DNA from: Lingula anatina
Taxonomy: Eukaryota > Animalia > Brachiopoda
DNA: 64,000 bases
NCBI GenBank assembly: GCA_051362555.1
Contig: CM120644.1
Span: forward strand, 15,956,534 to 16,020,533
Reading direction: 5' to 3'
Under the pieces are notes generated by a model. The model was not told the origin of the DNA and did no database searches. It saw only the letters and a list, made by a program, of their open reading frames with translations. Shown piece after piece: positions 1 through 12,879 of this stretch. Each line of letters opens with the position of its first letter. Position 1 is the first letter of the stretch. Both the position numbers and the translations under genes were made by a program.

Positions 1-3000
1 ATTAAAAAACAAGGATATATTTGGTCACTTCTTCCTTCTCAGAGGCAATGGCTGACAAAGTACCCTCCCCATCCCCATGAATTTGGTAAGAAATAAAAAC
101 TGCCAAGTAACGAACTGATATAATCGAGTGCTAAATTAAAAATGCTCCAAATTTCCATGAATTTCAAAACTTTATATATAGCCCCTTATAGTATATCATA
201 GACTCGCTGCCATTGCGTCTCTTTATAACAAAAAGTGATATGAAAACTATTCCGATAAACGGTCTTTTTGAAATTTAATGCCATGGAGGAATTCGAGAAT
301 TACCGTTTCGAAGAAAAAAGTGACATGCTTTCAGTTTTGCAAAAAATGTCATAAAGCGTTTGTAAAATAATTTTCAGCTTTGAGTCGGGAATTGAAAAAT
401 AAGATGAACCAAAAAGGTTCCGTTACAATATATAGAATTCAAAAAGTTTCTACTTTCTTTCATCAAATCATCCCAAATTCGAGACAAAAAACATTGTCTC
501 GGTGTCTGCTGGTCGATTTGGTCAATTGCCGAAAAGAATTCTGTAGAATTTGGTAAACAGAAAAAAACTTTCTATTACATGAATGTCCCTTCATCTTTAC
601 GCGAAAAATAATCTGTGCAACAAATTAATATCCGTGCGTCAGTTATATTGTACAATAAAAAGGTCCATTTTTACATTCCACTATCCTTTAATTTAGACAA
701 TTGACTCGCTTATTATTCTTATTAAACGCTTTGTTAATTATCTGGATATTTTTCGAGAATTCTGATTAACAAACTGACATGAATACCAAAATATTAAGAA
801 AGTCTCTTTCCCATTCTACGCACAGTAAAACAACTACACTTATATTCGCCAATCAGACTTTATTAGTCAGAAAAGTTTCGCAAAAGAAAACTTAAGAGAT
901 ATTTTATTCTGAGGAAGACAGCAAGGTTTGAGACATGATTAAGACTTGATCGTTTTTATTTCTTTTCATTCTAACATTAAACTTCAAACAAACACTAAGG
1001 TTTTTAACACCACGTTTTTAACTTCTAAGATTCTAATGTCACCAGTCGCGCTTTAATGAAAATTTGCACACTAAATTCAACAACGGATGTCTAAAACGAG
1101 AATGTTAAACAGCCAAAACGGTCTCACAGATTAAATAATTTTTAAAACTTTGACGAATGAAAAAATTGGAATTTGGTCAATATAAAGGTCCAGCGCAAAC
1201 TACATATTTCCAGGAAGCAAAAAAACATCTAATTTCATGGGTTTTTAGAAGTATTTCTTATGCTGGGCTCAAACTTAAGATTAAAATGCCCACAGTGCTT
1301 AATATTTTCTGAGCTAGCAAAAACACGTTTTTCAAATATTTTATTCGCCATAGAATTAAACCTTCAGACATACATGTATCTTGCTGTCTTCCTAAAGAAC
1401 ATCTCCAAAAATACCATTTTAAAAATGCCATGCAACACGCGTAAACTGTTCATTAAAAAAGAATGTATCAAGGCATAAGGGACAGATTTATTTATCAGAA
1501 AAAAGATGATATCGCTAACTAAAGTATACCAGATTTCAAATATTCAATATTTTCTCTGCTAAATTCGTGACGTCATAAACTAAAAATGGCACGAAAATGC
1601 CTTTGAAAAAAAAAGAGTTTTGAACTTTTGTGAATAGCCTGATATTGAAATTGTAAGCATTGAAAAGTTAAGTGCCAAAAGCAAGACCGAAATCCTTTAT
1701 GCCTTACAGAGTGGATTTTAAAGTTTGTCACAGTAATTACATGTATCATAGTTGTAATTCCGCTTATATATTTTCACCGACTGAAGCATTATAAATTTTT
1801 TGTGAAATCGCACCCAAGTCCAAACTGAAGTTAACCAATATACCTATGTAATTCTCTATAATTTTGAAGTGGAATTATATGTTTATACCTACTAGTATAT
1901 TGCATTTTACCATTAACTTCTCACTACACGTACTATAAATGTCAACATGCCAATGGCAAAGATTTTAAACTGGTCACTTCACAACATTTCCTCACGTGCA
2001 CGTGACAATTTTTCCGCGTAAAACGTTTGCTACCTTTGCTATATATCTAACAACGTACTTCAAAATACTGGAGGTAAACACGAGGTGCAATTGCAATTTT
2101 CATGAGACGTGAAGAAACAAAGACTTAATGGAGGAACCAAATGTCACGTGGGGAAAATATTGGGGAATGACTCCGTTTTAAGCTAGCATGCCACAAAATA
2201 CTTTCGAAAATAGAATCACAAATGCATCATCATTACAAACCCAACATACTGGTTAAATATCTTACACGGTTTCGCTGTTCAAATCGGTTGAAATTGAAAT
2301 AATATTCCATACTTAGAAGCATCTCGATCGCCTTGTGTCCATTCCCTGGTCACTTAGAAGTGAAGTAGTCACGTCTCTTTTCAGAGGGTAGGTTCATGTA
2401 GTATTGTGGGGGGCGAGGTAGGCCGAAGTAACCATTTTTTTCTGTTCAACAGTCACCACTACCTGACAGATGTAACTTGATTAAAAATTTACTAGATTCA
2501 AAATATGTAAAACGCATTGGTGTTCGACATACATCAAAATATCCAAGGAGTAAATATATCCCAGACCCTTACCCATCCCTAAAACAAAATTGCATTATGT
2601 AGGTCACTGGCTATCCAAATGAGGTCCACTGCACGCTGTCTACCGAGTAGTTTTCGCTGTTTGACAAACTAGTTCCTAAAGCTCCATCTGGTGGGAAAAG
2701 AAGTCTTCTCTGATGCAATCGGTAGCTTAGCAGGTTGTGCTGGGTTTATAATTTCAGTGGCAAGAAAAGAAATTTATTTGTGAATGTTCAATTACAAGAT
2801 GCTTAATGACTTTTTTCTCTATATATAATACCAAATGAATGTGTGGGTGAGTTTGATAATTTACTTGGGAATGCATGCGATTACATGTGATTTACTGTAA
2901 GCAAATGTGCCGTAAAAATTACACTTAATATGCTACATAACCTTAACACGATATCCTAATATCAACTTCAGACCAAAACTTCACAAAATACTCGTTTTTT

Positions 3001-3121
3001 AGATATTTAAATCATATCATTAAGTCAGAGGGGTTCGTTTTAGACAGAGTCGTAGGCCGTGGGTGGCGAGGAGGGATGGCAATTGTCCCCACCCTAGTTA
3101 TTTTACATTTTATTTTACATG

Positions 3122-3153
<32 letters not shown>

Positions 3154-4048
3154 AAAAGTGCTAAACTTGTCCTCTCTCCTGGTCCTTCAGACGTCGCTAA
3201 AATTTGATACAGGCTGGATAGACACGTGAACCAAAGGCGGCACGAATAGCCTGTTTGCAAGTAGAATAGACCATTAACAATTGCCCTCCCCCCCCCCCCC
3301 CCACCTCCCCTAAGCTTTTTTTTCTCAGTCTGTGGACCTAAGATTGCAATATGATTAAAAGCGCTCCGGGTCAGATATATTATCACATCAACATTGGGTT
3401 ATCAATAAGTTAAGCTAATATGTCAATTCAAAATACCGACCTGCGGTTTTTGCGTATGGAAAAAATCAGATAATACAAAAATATATGTAAATTACCCCAC
3501 AACATGGAATTACTCCTGTAAAATGATCTGGTATCTTTGCTTATTATGGAACTCGTTTCAGTTTCGCCTATATTAGTACTAGTAACGGTAACAAAAACCC
3601 GGCTTGTCTTGTATGAATGATGTATTTGAGAACGTCCTATAGGAAGTTGGTCCAAAATGACTATAAGATCCTAAAGGTCACGTTTCCTAGATTGGAATCC
3701 TACAGGACATCCGACAGAATTCTTCTTATGTAGTCACATAGGATTCCTAAAGATTCCTACACGACGGTCTATAGGAAACTTTCGTAAAGATAATATTATC
3801 TTTACCAGTAGGATACAGACTCGTTCTAGGTTAAAATAAAACTATTCGCTACAACACATACGAATTCCCTTCGTAATAAGAAGCAATAACAATACAAATA
3901 CAAGTGTGCCTTCTACTCGATAAAAAGTTCGTGTTGAATAAACATTAACTGATACTGGTATGGTACATGTGTACAGTATAGGCCTATATAATTATACTAA
4001 GATCCTACATAGCTTGGTATAAAACAAGGGGTGTTTCAAAATCCTCCT

Positions 4049-7000
4049 TTATATCCTGCTTTCTTCGTGGATCGTTTCCAGATTTCCAAACCCGGTAGAG
4101 GGCGCGTCTGCAGTATATGTTTGCACGTGCCGGTTAAGTGTGATGCTCATCGTTGAACTGCACGCGTCATTCAGCGGAGAAGACCGAGTTTTCTCGACGA
4201 GACCCGAACCCGGCACGCTCCCAGCATACCCGGATGTCACGGTCATGTCAACTGTCGACGAAAGGGAGAGGGATGGATTGAGCATGCGCATAGCGTCGAG
4301 AGGATTCAGAACGTAAATTGTTTCCACAGGGTCTGAGCGTTGGCTTTTTGACGATTTTTTATCGCTGAAGTTCCGCTTAGCAGAAGGCCGAGAGTTTGAA
4401 GAGATTGGATTGGCAGTAGTGCTATTGCCACCGATATCACTTTTATCGGTGATGGACGAGCAGGACGGCATTTCTTTGACCGCGTTCTTTAAGCTGGCGT
4501 TGAAAGTGGACGATTCTCCCTGCCCCAATTCCCCCGTTGGATCTCTACGGACAAAGTTGATCTGTAATATTCAAAAGTGAGAAAAAATAAATAATATGAA
4601 TGATTAAACATATGAGGAGTAAGAGACGATTGTCGTTTATATTAATTATTATTATTTTTAGTTTATTTTATTTCTTTTTTATTTCCAATAGGCGATCACG
4701 AACGTTAACGTGTAAAGTCGCACAGCGGGAAGGCAGAGGCGCATACGCTGGCCGACTCCTTTTCCGACTTTCACGAAAATGGCCAATCCATTCGATTTCG
4801 CACCATAAGTTAAGAAAAAATGGTGTCTGTGGGAATGTGGTCTATGTCATATGTTTAAGACTGGGTTCCCATATCTAGATCGCTATAACAGGATCGTTCC
4901 ATCTCCAAGGGGTTTCTCGCTAAATTGCTTGCAGCTTAAGCGGCTTAGATGTCTGGCACACCTACTGAAGCTGCTTAATGATAATTAATTATCCCCTGGC
5001 ACCTTCAATAGGCGTGACAGTCATTTAAGCCGTTTCAACTGAACGCAATTAATCGAGAAACCCCTTGGAGATGGATCGATCCACAACTAGTACGATAAGG
5101 TCTGGGAACGGTCCCTTACTTTACCTTGGGAACAAAAAGTAACCCCAGAGTCATGGCGGCCGAGGTTATGATGCTGATTGTGGAGAAAGCGAATGCGATG
5201 GATGGCCTCTCTGACATAATCATGCCGACGGCGGCGCCCACTCCGCACAAAACACAGGTGTTGTAGATACACATGCCTAGATACCTGTACAAGGATAAGA
5301 AGAGGCTGAATTAGGTTCAAAGAAGGCTAAAATACTCCCCCAGACGACGAAAGTCTAAGGAATTGATGCTGATTATACAAAAGCTTTATACCCTGCCTGA
5401 AATACCAGGAGCGCCTTCCCACTTTCTTGTAAACAATATGACGGATAAATGCAGCTAAGTTTTAGGTATTTGAACTTCCAACAGGAGAAAACATTTAACC
5501 TGAAGCCAAAAACAGTTATGTTGTACGTTTTTAATGTATCACGGACCATACAGTGCAAACGAGAAACTTTTGATTCTGGTCCTTCTATGGTAAACAAGAG
5601 AGGGGACAAGAATGATATAAATGCTTTAGTCTGTGTTGTATGCAGCAGGTGGCTGGACGTTGACAGACATTAATGTACATTTTGCGTTGTCAGTAGTGTC
5701 ATGAAGGTTTATTTCTTTTAATCACATTATTTTATACCTTCAATTTATATAATACGGTCAGCTTCGGAGAGTAAACCACTCTTTATTTTAGTTTTAGACC
5801 GAATCCGAAGCATGAATCTGAAGCGCACAACATGAAAGTTTTAAGAAACTACTGCCTTTAATTCTAGAGTTTTTCAACGCAGTATCACTTACTTAGAATC
5901 ATTCAACTCGGGAACGTAGACTTTTCTTGTCTCGAAGGCGAGGAAACATCCCAGTAGCAGCAACAGCACCTTCTCCGCGAACAACCCTCCTATCCAATAG
6001 GTCATCAGTTCCGATACACAGAACTCGTGTCTAACTACTAGACGTTCTTCCTCGTTCTCCTAAAATAAATTAAATAATTAATTAGGCCGCATTAAGAACT
6101 GTGGATTAACTAGACAGAGGGCGAAATATGGCCGACCCACTTGAACTACTTCCCCAAGGGGAATCTATTCAGTGTCTGTTAGCGGAACGCGATATTTGAC
6201 CAGCGAAAAAGTTAGTCCACTGTTTTGAATGCGGCCTCAGAGAGCAAGGGCACAGCCTTGCGCATTTTATGCAACGCATACAAATTACCATTAGCAGTTT
6301 CCATAGAAACTCAAATAAAATCCATATGCCAAAAATAACCCAAATCAACCACTTTGTAAAGGGAGAAAAAAGACTAAAACTTCGCCTTCTTTACATTTCT
6401 GGTCGTAGGCCTAAACTCAAACCACATATTCATACCCCAGTTCATAAAATGAAACAAAGGGATACTAAGATCGCATTCACAACGAATTGAGCCAGGCTTT
6501 ACAAATCCTGGGGACTAAATATGGCGGACGTACATGAAAGAAAAACCGCCTAATCTTTTAATAGTCTCTCCGCCTCTCACACGCCTCCCCATGTGTCGTC
6601 CCAATGGAGCCGAGATTTAATGACTGTCCCCCGCAGGGACGACGTGTGGGGAGGCGTGTGAGAGGCGGAGAGACTATTAAAAGATTAGGCGGTTTTTCTT
6701 TCATGTACGTCCGCCATATTTAGTCCCCAGGATTTGTAAAGCCTGGCTCAAATCGTTGTGAATGCGGTCAAACATTGCTTTACACGGGCTGAGAAAACAT
6801 TACGTGTGGGTGTGTTTTTTATTTTGTGAATGCGATCTAAGAAACAAAACAGTGTATACTAAAAGTGAAACGAGACAAAAACGATTATTTTTTTCTTCTT
6901 AAAGTAAAATCTTCCCCATTAACTAATTTTAAATATTAAAATATTAGCCTCGCTTTGCCGTCCTAAATCTCTTAGTGTATACCCACCGTTGCAGTATCGT

Positions 7001-10000
7001 TCTCCGAACCCAGCTTCATTGGATCAATTAATGCCCATGACGTCATTACGGCCACGTCCATCATAACCAAAATAGCAACCCACAGCAACAGGTGCTTGTC
7101 GTGAAGAGGCTGAAAAATAGGGCATCGGTGAAATATTTCTCATTAAATGTATCCCCAAATGCAAAGTTTTTAAAACAGCAGTTTTTTTATCGATGATGAA
7201 AATAAACCAAGTATTCGATGGGACTTTAGGTACTATATACAGCAGATACTTTGAATGTAAATTCTAAATGAATGGATTCAAAGAGGAGAGGTATATTCTC
7301 TAAAGAGGACGCTGGTCGAGAAAGCTAGACACAGAGAATTGTGGACAGGGGCGGATTTAGGCCGTCTTCTGGGTCTTCCGGAAGACGGTCAGATATTAAG
7401 TTTACATTGATGGGTATCTAATTTTTTCTGTCGGAACACGGTCGAAAATGAAGGATGAATCAACAAAGATAATTTGGAAGACTGTCAGAAAATATCTTTG
7501 GGTCCGCCCCTGGTGGAAGTCCAGTGTCACCAACATTGTTAGATACGGCAATGGGCATGACATGACATTTGATTGCCTTCTACCAGGGCGACAGATTGAT
7601 TTTTCACAAGATATGTCTTCAGATAAATAGACAGTCATTTGCCAAGGTTTACCCTATAATATCTGCCACCCTGGTAGAGAGTAACATTTCATGGGGCAAC
7701 ACTGATTTCCTTAAAAGAACGAAGTTTGATAATGGGAGACAATTGTTACATCTTCAAGCATTTTTTTTCCTATGCGATCAGTGTAAATTCCATCTCTCTT
7801 CGTATTCCACGTAATTCGCAATTCAAAGTAACATATGATCTTTACCATTTCAAAATAAAACATGAAATTGCGCTACTACCTTTCTCACTCTCCCCGACTT
7901 GTTTCCAAAGATCACATAAACACGCCATGTCTTGGCAAACATGGCGCCGAACGCGAGACTAAATGCTATGGACAGCAACCAGCCAGAGAGCTGAAACAGA
8001 AAACCAGACCTGTTTGTGTCAACAACAGTTAATAAAGTAGTCGCTTTCTTCTTCGCTTTCCACGTCTAAATTTCATATTTTATTTTATTTTCATGGTGAT
8101 TTTTCGAAGACCACATAAACACGCCTCTCTTGGTAGAAATGACCACCAAACGTTGAAACGGTCGCCAAAACAGAGCTAAATAGTTAATTTACGAACAAAG
8201 TGATATTGCATCGATCAACCAACATTATGAGTCCGCTGCGTTGGTACCATTATGTCATGACGCCTTCATAAACTATAATTACATGTATCTAGTTATAGTT
8301 TATACCATAGAATTGCCTAACACAATTGACACGAACGCTTAATATAATTGGGTTGAGATGAACCATTACCTGCAATTGTGGTATGGTACTTGTGTAATGA
8401 TTGATATAATATGTCACAATAACTACCTCTGTATTAACGCTCTATACTTAAAACTAATAACTGTGATGAAAGGTGTCAATTATGGGACTCTGACGTGTCT
8501 AATAAAATTTGAACGTGATTCTGGAAATGAAATGAAGACAACTGAAAATGAAGACCAGCGAACAAGCGAAATATTGCAAAACCTGCTTCGGTAAGGCATC
8601 AAACGAATCGCTGTCTTGGAGAAAAATCCAAAAAATCGCCAATTTGACTTATCCTGCTGTATTTCACAACGCCGAAACACCGGATACTAAATTTATTTTA
8701 TAAAGTCCTTTTTTTGTAGTATTAGAAAAAAACTCACCATACATATTATTGGCATGCTCTCAGCAGGCACAAGACGTGTATCTAAGGCAGCGAACGGCAC
8801 ACAGCAAAACGCCACGATACAACCACTCACTATCACGTTATTCAAATTTGGCGACGAGAGCTTGATGTGTCTATGGCAATTGAAAAGAAATGTCTTACAA
8901 ATAAATGAACGAATATTCGAATGTACTGTAAGTGAACCGATACACAAATATAATCTGAAGCCGAGTTCTGGGAATAATCACTTGGCAACCTTTTCATATA
9001 TTATGGCTCATCATATCCACTCAAATACAAAAACATCTGTTTTGACCACGAATAACAAAGATACGACTTTAAAATTAACACAATTATAAAAAATTCCCAA
9101 AATTTTTACATTTCGGAAGTGTGCTTGTGAGTGCGTGTTTGTGTGCGTGTGCATTTGCGTGAACTCCTGCACACACGTGTGCGATTGTACTTAATATCGT
9201 AAGAGTCATTTCATAAAACTAGTATTTGATAACAGATCTATAAATTCCGCCAATTACCTTATCCCTGTCAAGAAGATGGCTTATCTGTGAATGCAGCAGA
9301 ACTGAAATAACTAATTAAATGTCGATTTTAACTAAGATCATTACAGTGAGATCAACAATCTATCGATATACAGCAATGGGATTTAGTGTACTCTCTTACG
9401 CACCGGTGCTCCCTGAACATTACGTTGAAACCCAGTAAAGACAACCCCACTAGAACTCCGACTCCAGCAAGGCTGGTGATCACGACGGCAAGGAGTGCGT
9501 TGACGTAGGAGGTGGTCACGACGACGGGAGTATGGTCCGGAGGCACCTTCCCGCCTAGAAAAAAATCAACATGGGGAGCGTTCAGATAAACCCATCGTAC
9601 AACTGGATCGGTCCATCTCTGCAGGAGATTTTCCTTAATTGCAATCTCTGTAATCGGCTTAAGTGTCTGACATGCTTCCTCAAGTTGCTTTTAACTAATT
9701 AAGTAGCTAAGCAAGGGGGGGGGCGTGTATGACAATTAAGCATGGTTACACAGAATGCGATTTAGCGAGAATCCCCAATCAGGGTTGGATCGATCCAGCT
9801 GATACGGTGCTTGAATCTGAACGCGATCAAAATCGGATCCACTTAGTCCAGAGGACACGTGGTTTTCCCCTACACGCACACACACGCACACACACTTACA
9901 TGTATACCTTGCTTCCTTGTGGCTCACAGATAAGCCCTATAGTTTTTTCGATTTATAAGAGATATAGGTAATCTATCCGGAATTTTCGCGCCAAATCAAA

Positions 10001-10496
10001 TTTGCTATGAGAAAAAAATGGTAATTTTCTTCGACTTCGTCAAATCCATGCTTGTGCACTTTGATTCTTTCTAATTAAAAACTCTTATTCTAAATTCTTG
10101 GCCAGACACGTTTAGACTGTCTTTCTATAGATTTCAGAAGTAAATATAGACACAAGTACAAATTGAACTTAGTATCTATATCTTATGTAATAAGTTTTTT
10201 AAAAAACAGCCACCTACCGAGCCACTTCAGCATGGAATCATTGATGTAGATTTTTCTGGTGATCTCGTTGTAACGGCCGACTACCACTTGTACTGAACCT
10301 GAAATAAACATTTATTCAGTTGTATTTTTTTTTTCAATGTGGTTTAATTAGGGAATCAGTTTTATATCAAGCGTCACACTCGACGCAGTGACTGTAGTGA
10401 CATATACATGTATTAACAAGAGCGCCACTATGATAAAAGTGGTCGCCATTTGGCAGGCAATTTCGCTATCTAGTGGGCACATACGAGAAATTTTAA

Positions 10497-10553
<57 letters not shown>

Positions 10554-12830
10554 TGACGGAGCTGGTCCGACACTATGATGGCAACACAATGATCATACCA
10601 GTAAATGCACACTAGGTGGCTAAACAATGATCATGAACATACGTTAGATGGCAGCACAATACCTTGTACTTGAGCAACCTCCAACTGCCAGGGTCTACTA
10701 CCGTTCTCATAAAACATCATTGGACCCTGAAATTTAAATAAAGAGAAAAGATAAATAAACAAAGCTTAATTTCAACATGCAGAAGATAACGGCTTGGTAT
10801 CGATATGTTTGAACGAGTAACCGATCATTTTGATATAAAACTAAACAAACGGAATACCAATAATTCAGATTTGGTGTACACACAGAGGGTCCCAGTGGGT
10901 ATTTTCACTGCCCGTGAAAACCACTTTTTTCCCGTGAATCGTGAAACCTCTATTTTATTCAACGTGATTAGTGAAACACCCCATTCCCGTGATTAGTAAA
11001 TGCGACTTTTTGTTCTTTGTCCTTCGTGAAATGAAATAATTACATTCTGTGATTCGTGACTTTTAACTCGCACTTATTGCATTTTTTTTTATGAAGAGTG
11101 AATAAATGTTTCCCCTTGGACAGAGGTCAGGTTATTTCCCGTGATTTGTGAATTGATGATTTTATTCCCCGTGAACTGTGACCACTAGTCCCCTCCCCCC
11201 CCCCCCCCCAATGGAACTTCTGTACAGCTTGTTTTCTCACTCATACCGACCGTCATTCCCGTGAAGTTGGTTTTGTCCAATTCCTTCATGAACACCTGCA
11301 GCATGTGGCTGTCTTCGTACGTGAAGTCATCGAGGCGCTTTGGTCTGGTCACGACTTCCCCGTCTATAATCTCTGTGACATTCTGAATAAAAAATAGAAA
11401 GGCAGAATCAGAGGAAATTCCTGACAGTCTTCCAAATTATCTTTGTTGATCCACCCCTTATTTTTGACCGATTTCCGACAGAAAAGTTAGATACCCGTCA
11501 ATGTAAACTTGAAAATCTGACCGTCTTCTGGAAGACCCAGAAGACCGCTTCAGGCCTCCCCGGTACGCGGTTATCTATCAACGGACTTTGGTTTATTCAG
11601 GTGGAACTGCAGTTTCTTCATAAAATTCATTTCTACGTTGCAAGTGAAATTCACCTGTGTTTGTTTACATCACGAAAGAGACTCAGATATCACGAACATG
11701 AACTCAATACCCGTTTTACAGATCTTAATTTATTTTGAATTTCTTGATTAGGAAAAATTGAAATTACTAGATCTTCTCCTTTTATTTGATCTTTTTAAAA
11801 ATCTATTTCTTTATTAATTTAATCATATTTTTCTTTCTTATTTCTTTTATTATTATTTATATATTATTTTTTTTTAATTTAAATATCTAATCCGCACTGT
11901 ATGCATTTGAATATAAATATAAATACAAATGTAAAGTACCTGCTGTGCAATAATGGGTATAGCGGAATGCATAGCCAAAACGGCGGCCCATATGGCATCG
12001 TATCCATATGCATGATACTCGTTCAGTCCGTATTCAGCATAACTTGGCCACTCCTTATATCTCCTCTCATAGGTAGAGTAATCCTAGACGTAAAATACAA
12101 TACAAAACTATGATCAATATATTTTTTTATCTCGTGGCTTGAAGAGTTCTGAGACAAGAATGAATATGCAACAAATTTAAGCTGTGTAAACAGAAGTACG
12201 TGGGATTGAAGGTGCGACAACCTTTATGACCGAGAGTGTCCTAGAGTATAAGCAAGAGGAAAATTCTGATTTCTTCAGAATTGACCTAACCTGCCATAAA
12301 GATAAAGTATTTTTTCTCAATCAACAGCTAAATATTGAAATGGGGGGACGAGAATATCTCCTGAGTAGTGGCTAATATATTTCACCTGATGAAGATGCTC
12401 TGATAGACATCTAAATATTGGAGGTAAATAATGTCAGCATTCATCTGTTGATGAAAGTAAAAATAACTTTACTTGTATAACATAGCACAGCTGGTGTAAT
12501 TCTTCACTAATAAAACTATCAAATGTTATAACACTTCTAGACTCCCTCCCCAATAAACTCACCTGACCGTTCACGGTTTGTCGACCTTTGGTGAACTCCT
12601 CAAAGGTCATGATCTCCTTCAAGGTCAGCGCGTGCTCGGCGGCAGCTTTGATCTCATCGGCGTGGCATGACGTATCATTGATCAGCATCCAATCATAATT
12701 GAACCACCCGAAATACATCCATACGATTTTTCCACCGCTCATGCCAAAACGATAAGCCTACCACCATGAGAAGATACATATATATGCATGTATATATTGC
12801 CTGAGTTGCACAAATGCACAAATTGGCCAT

Positions 12831-12879
<49 letters not shown>

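Noticed and set aside
1-3800. Short ORFs (1260-1478, 3012-3386, 3428-3655) and scattered small inverted repeats
   Set aside because: No recognisable protein motifs; ORFs are driven by homopolymers. Probably old non-autonomous repeat DNA that I cannot classify.
10883-11222. Repeat-spacer look reminiscent of a CRISPR array
   Set aside because: Repeats are only 5-8 nt with irregular spacing, inside an animal intron, with no cas genes.
12385-12426. CTGATGAAGATG...CATCTAAA hammerhead-like motif (a similar one lies on the minus strand near 14670-14705)
   Set aside because: The GAAA box is mutated and the stems are poor; at most dead PLE remnants.
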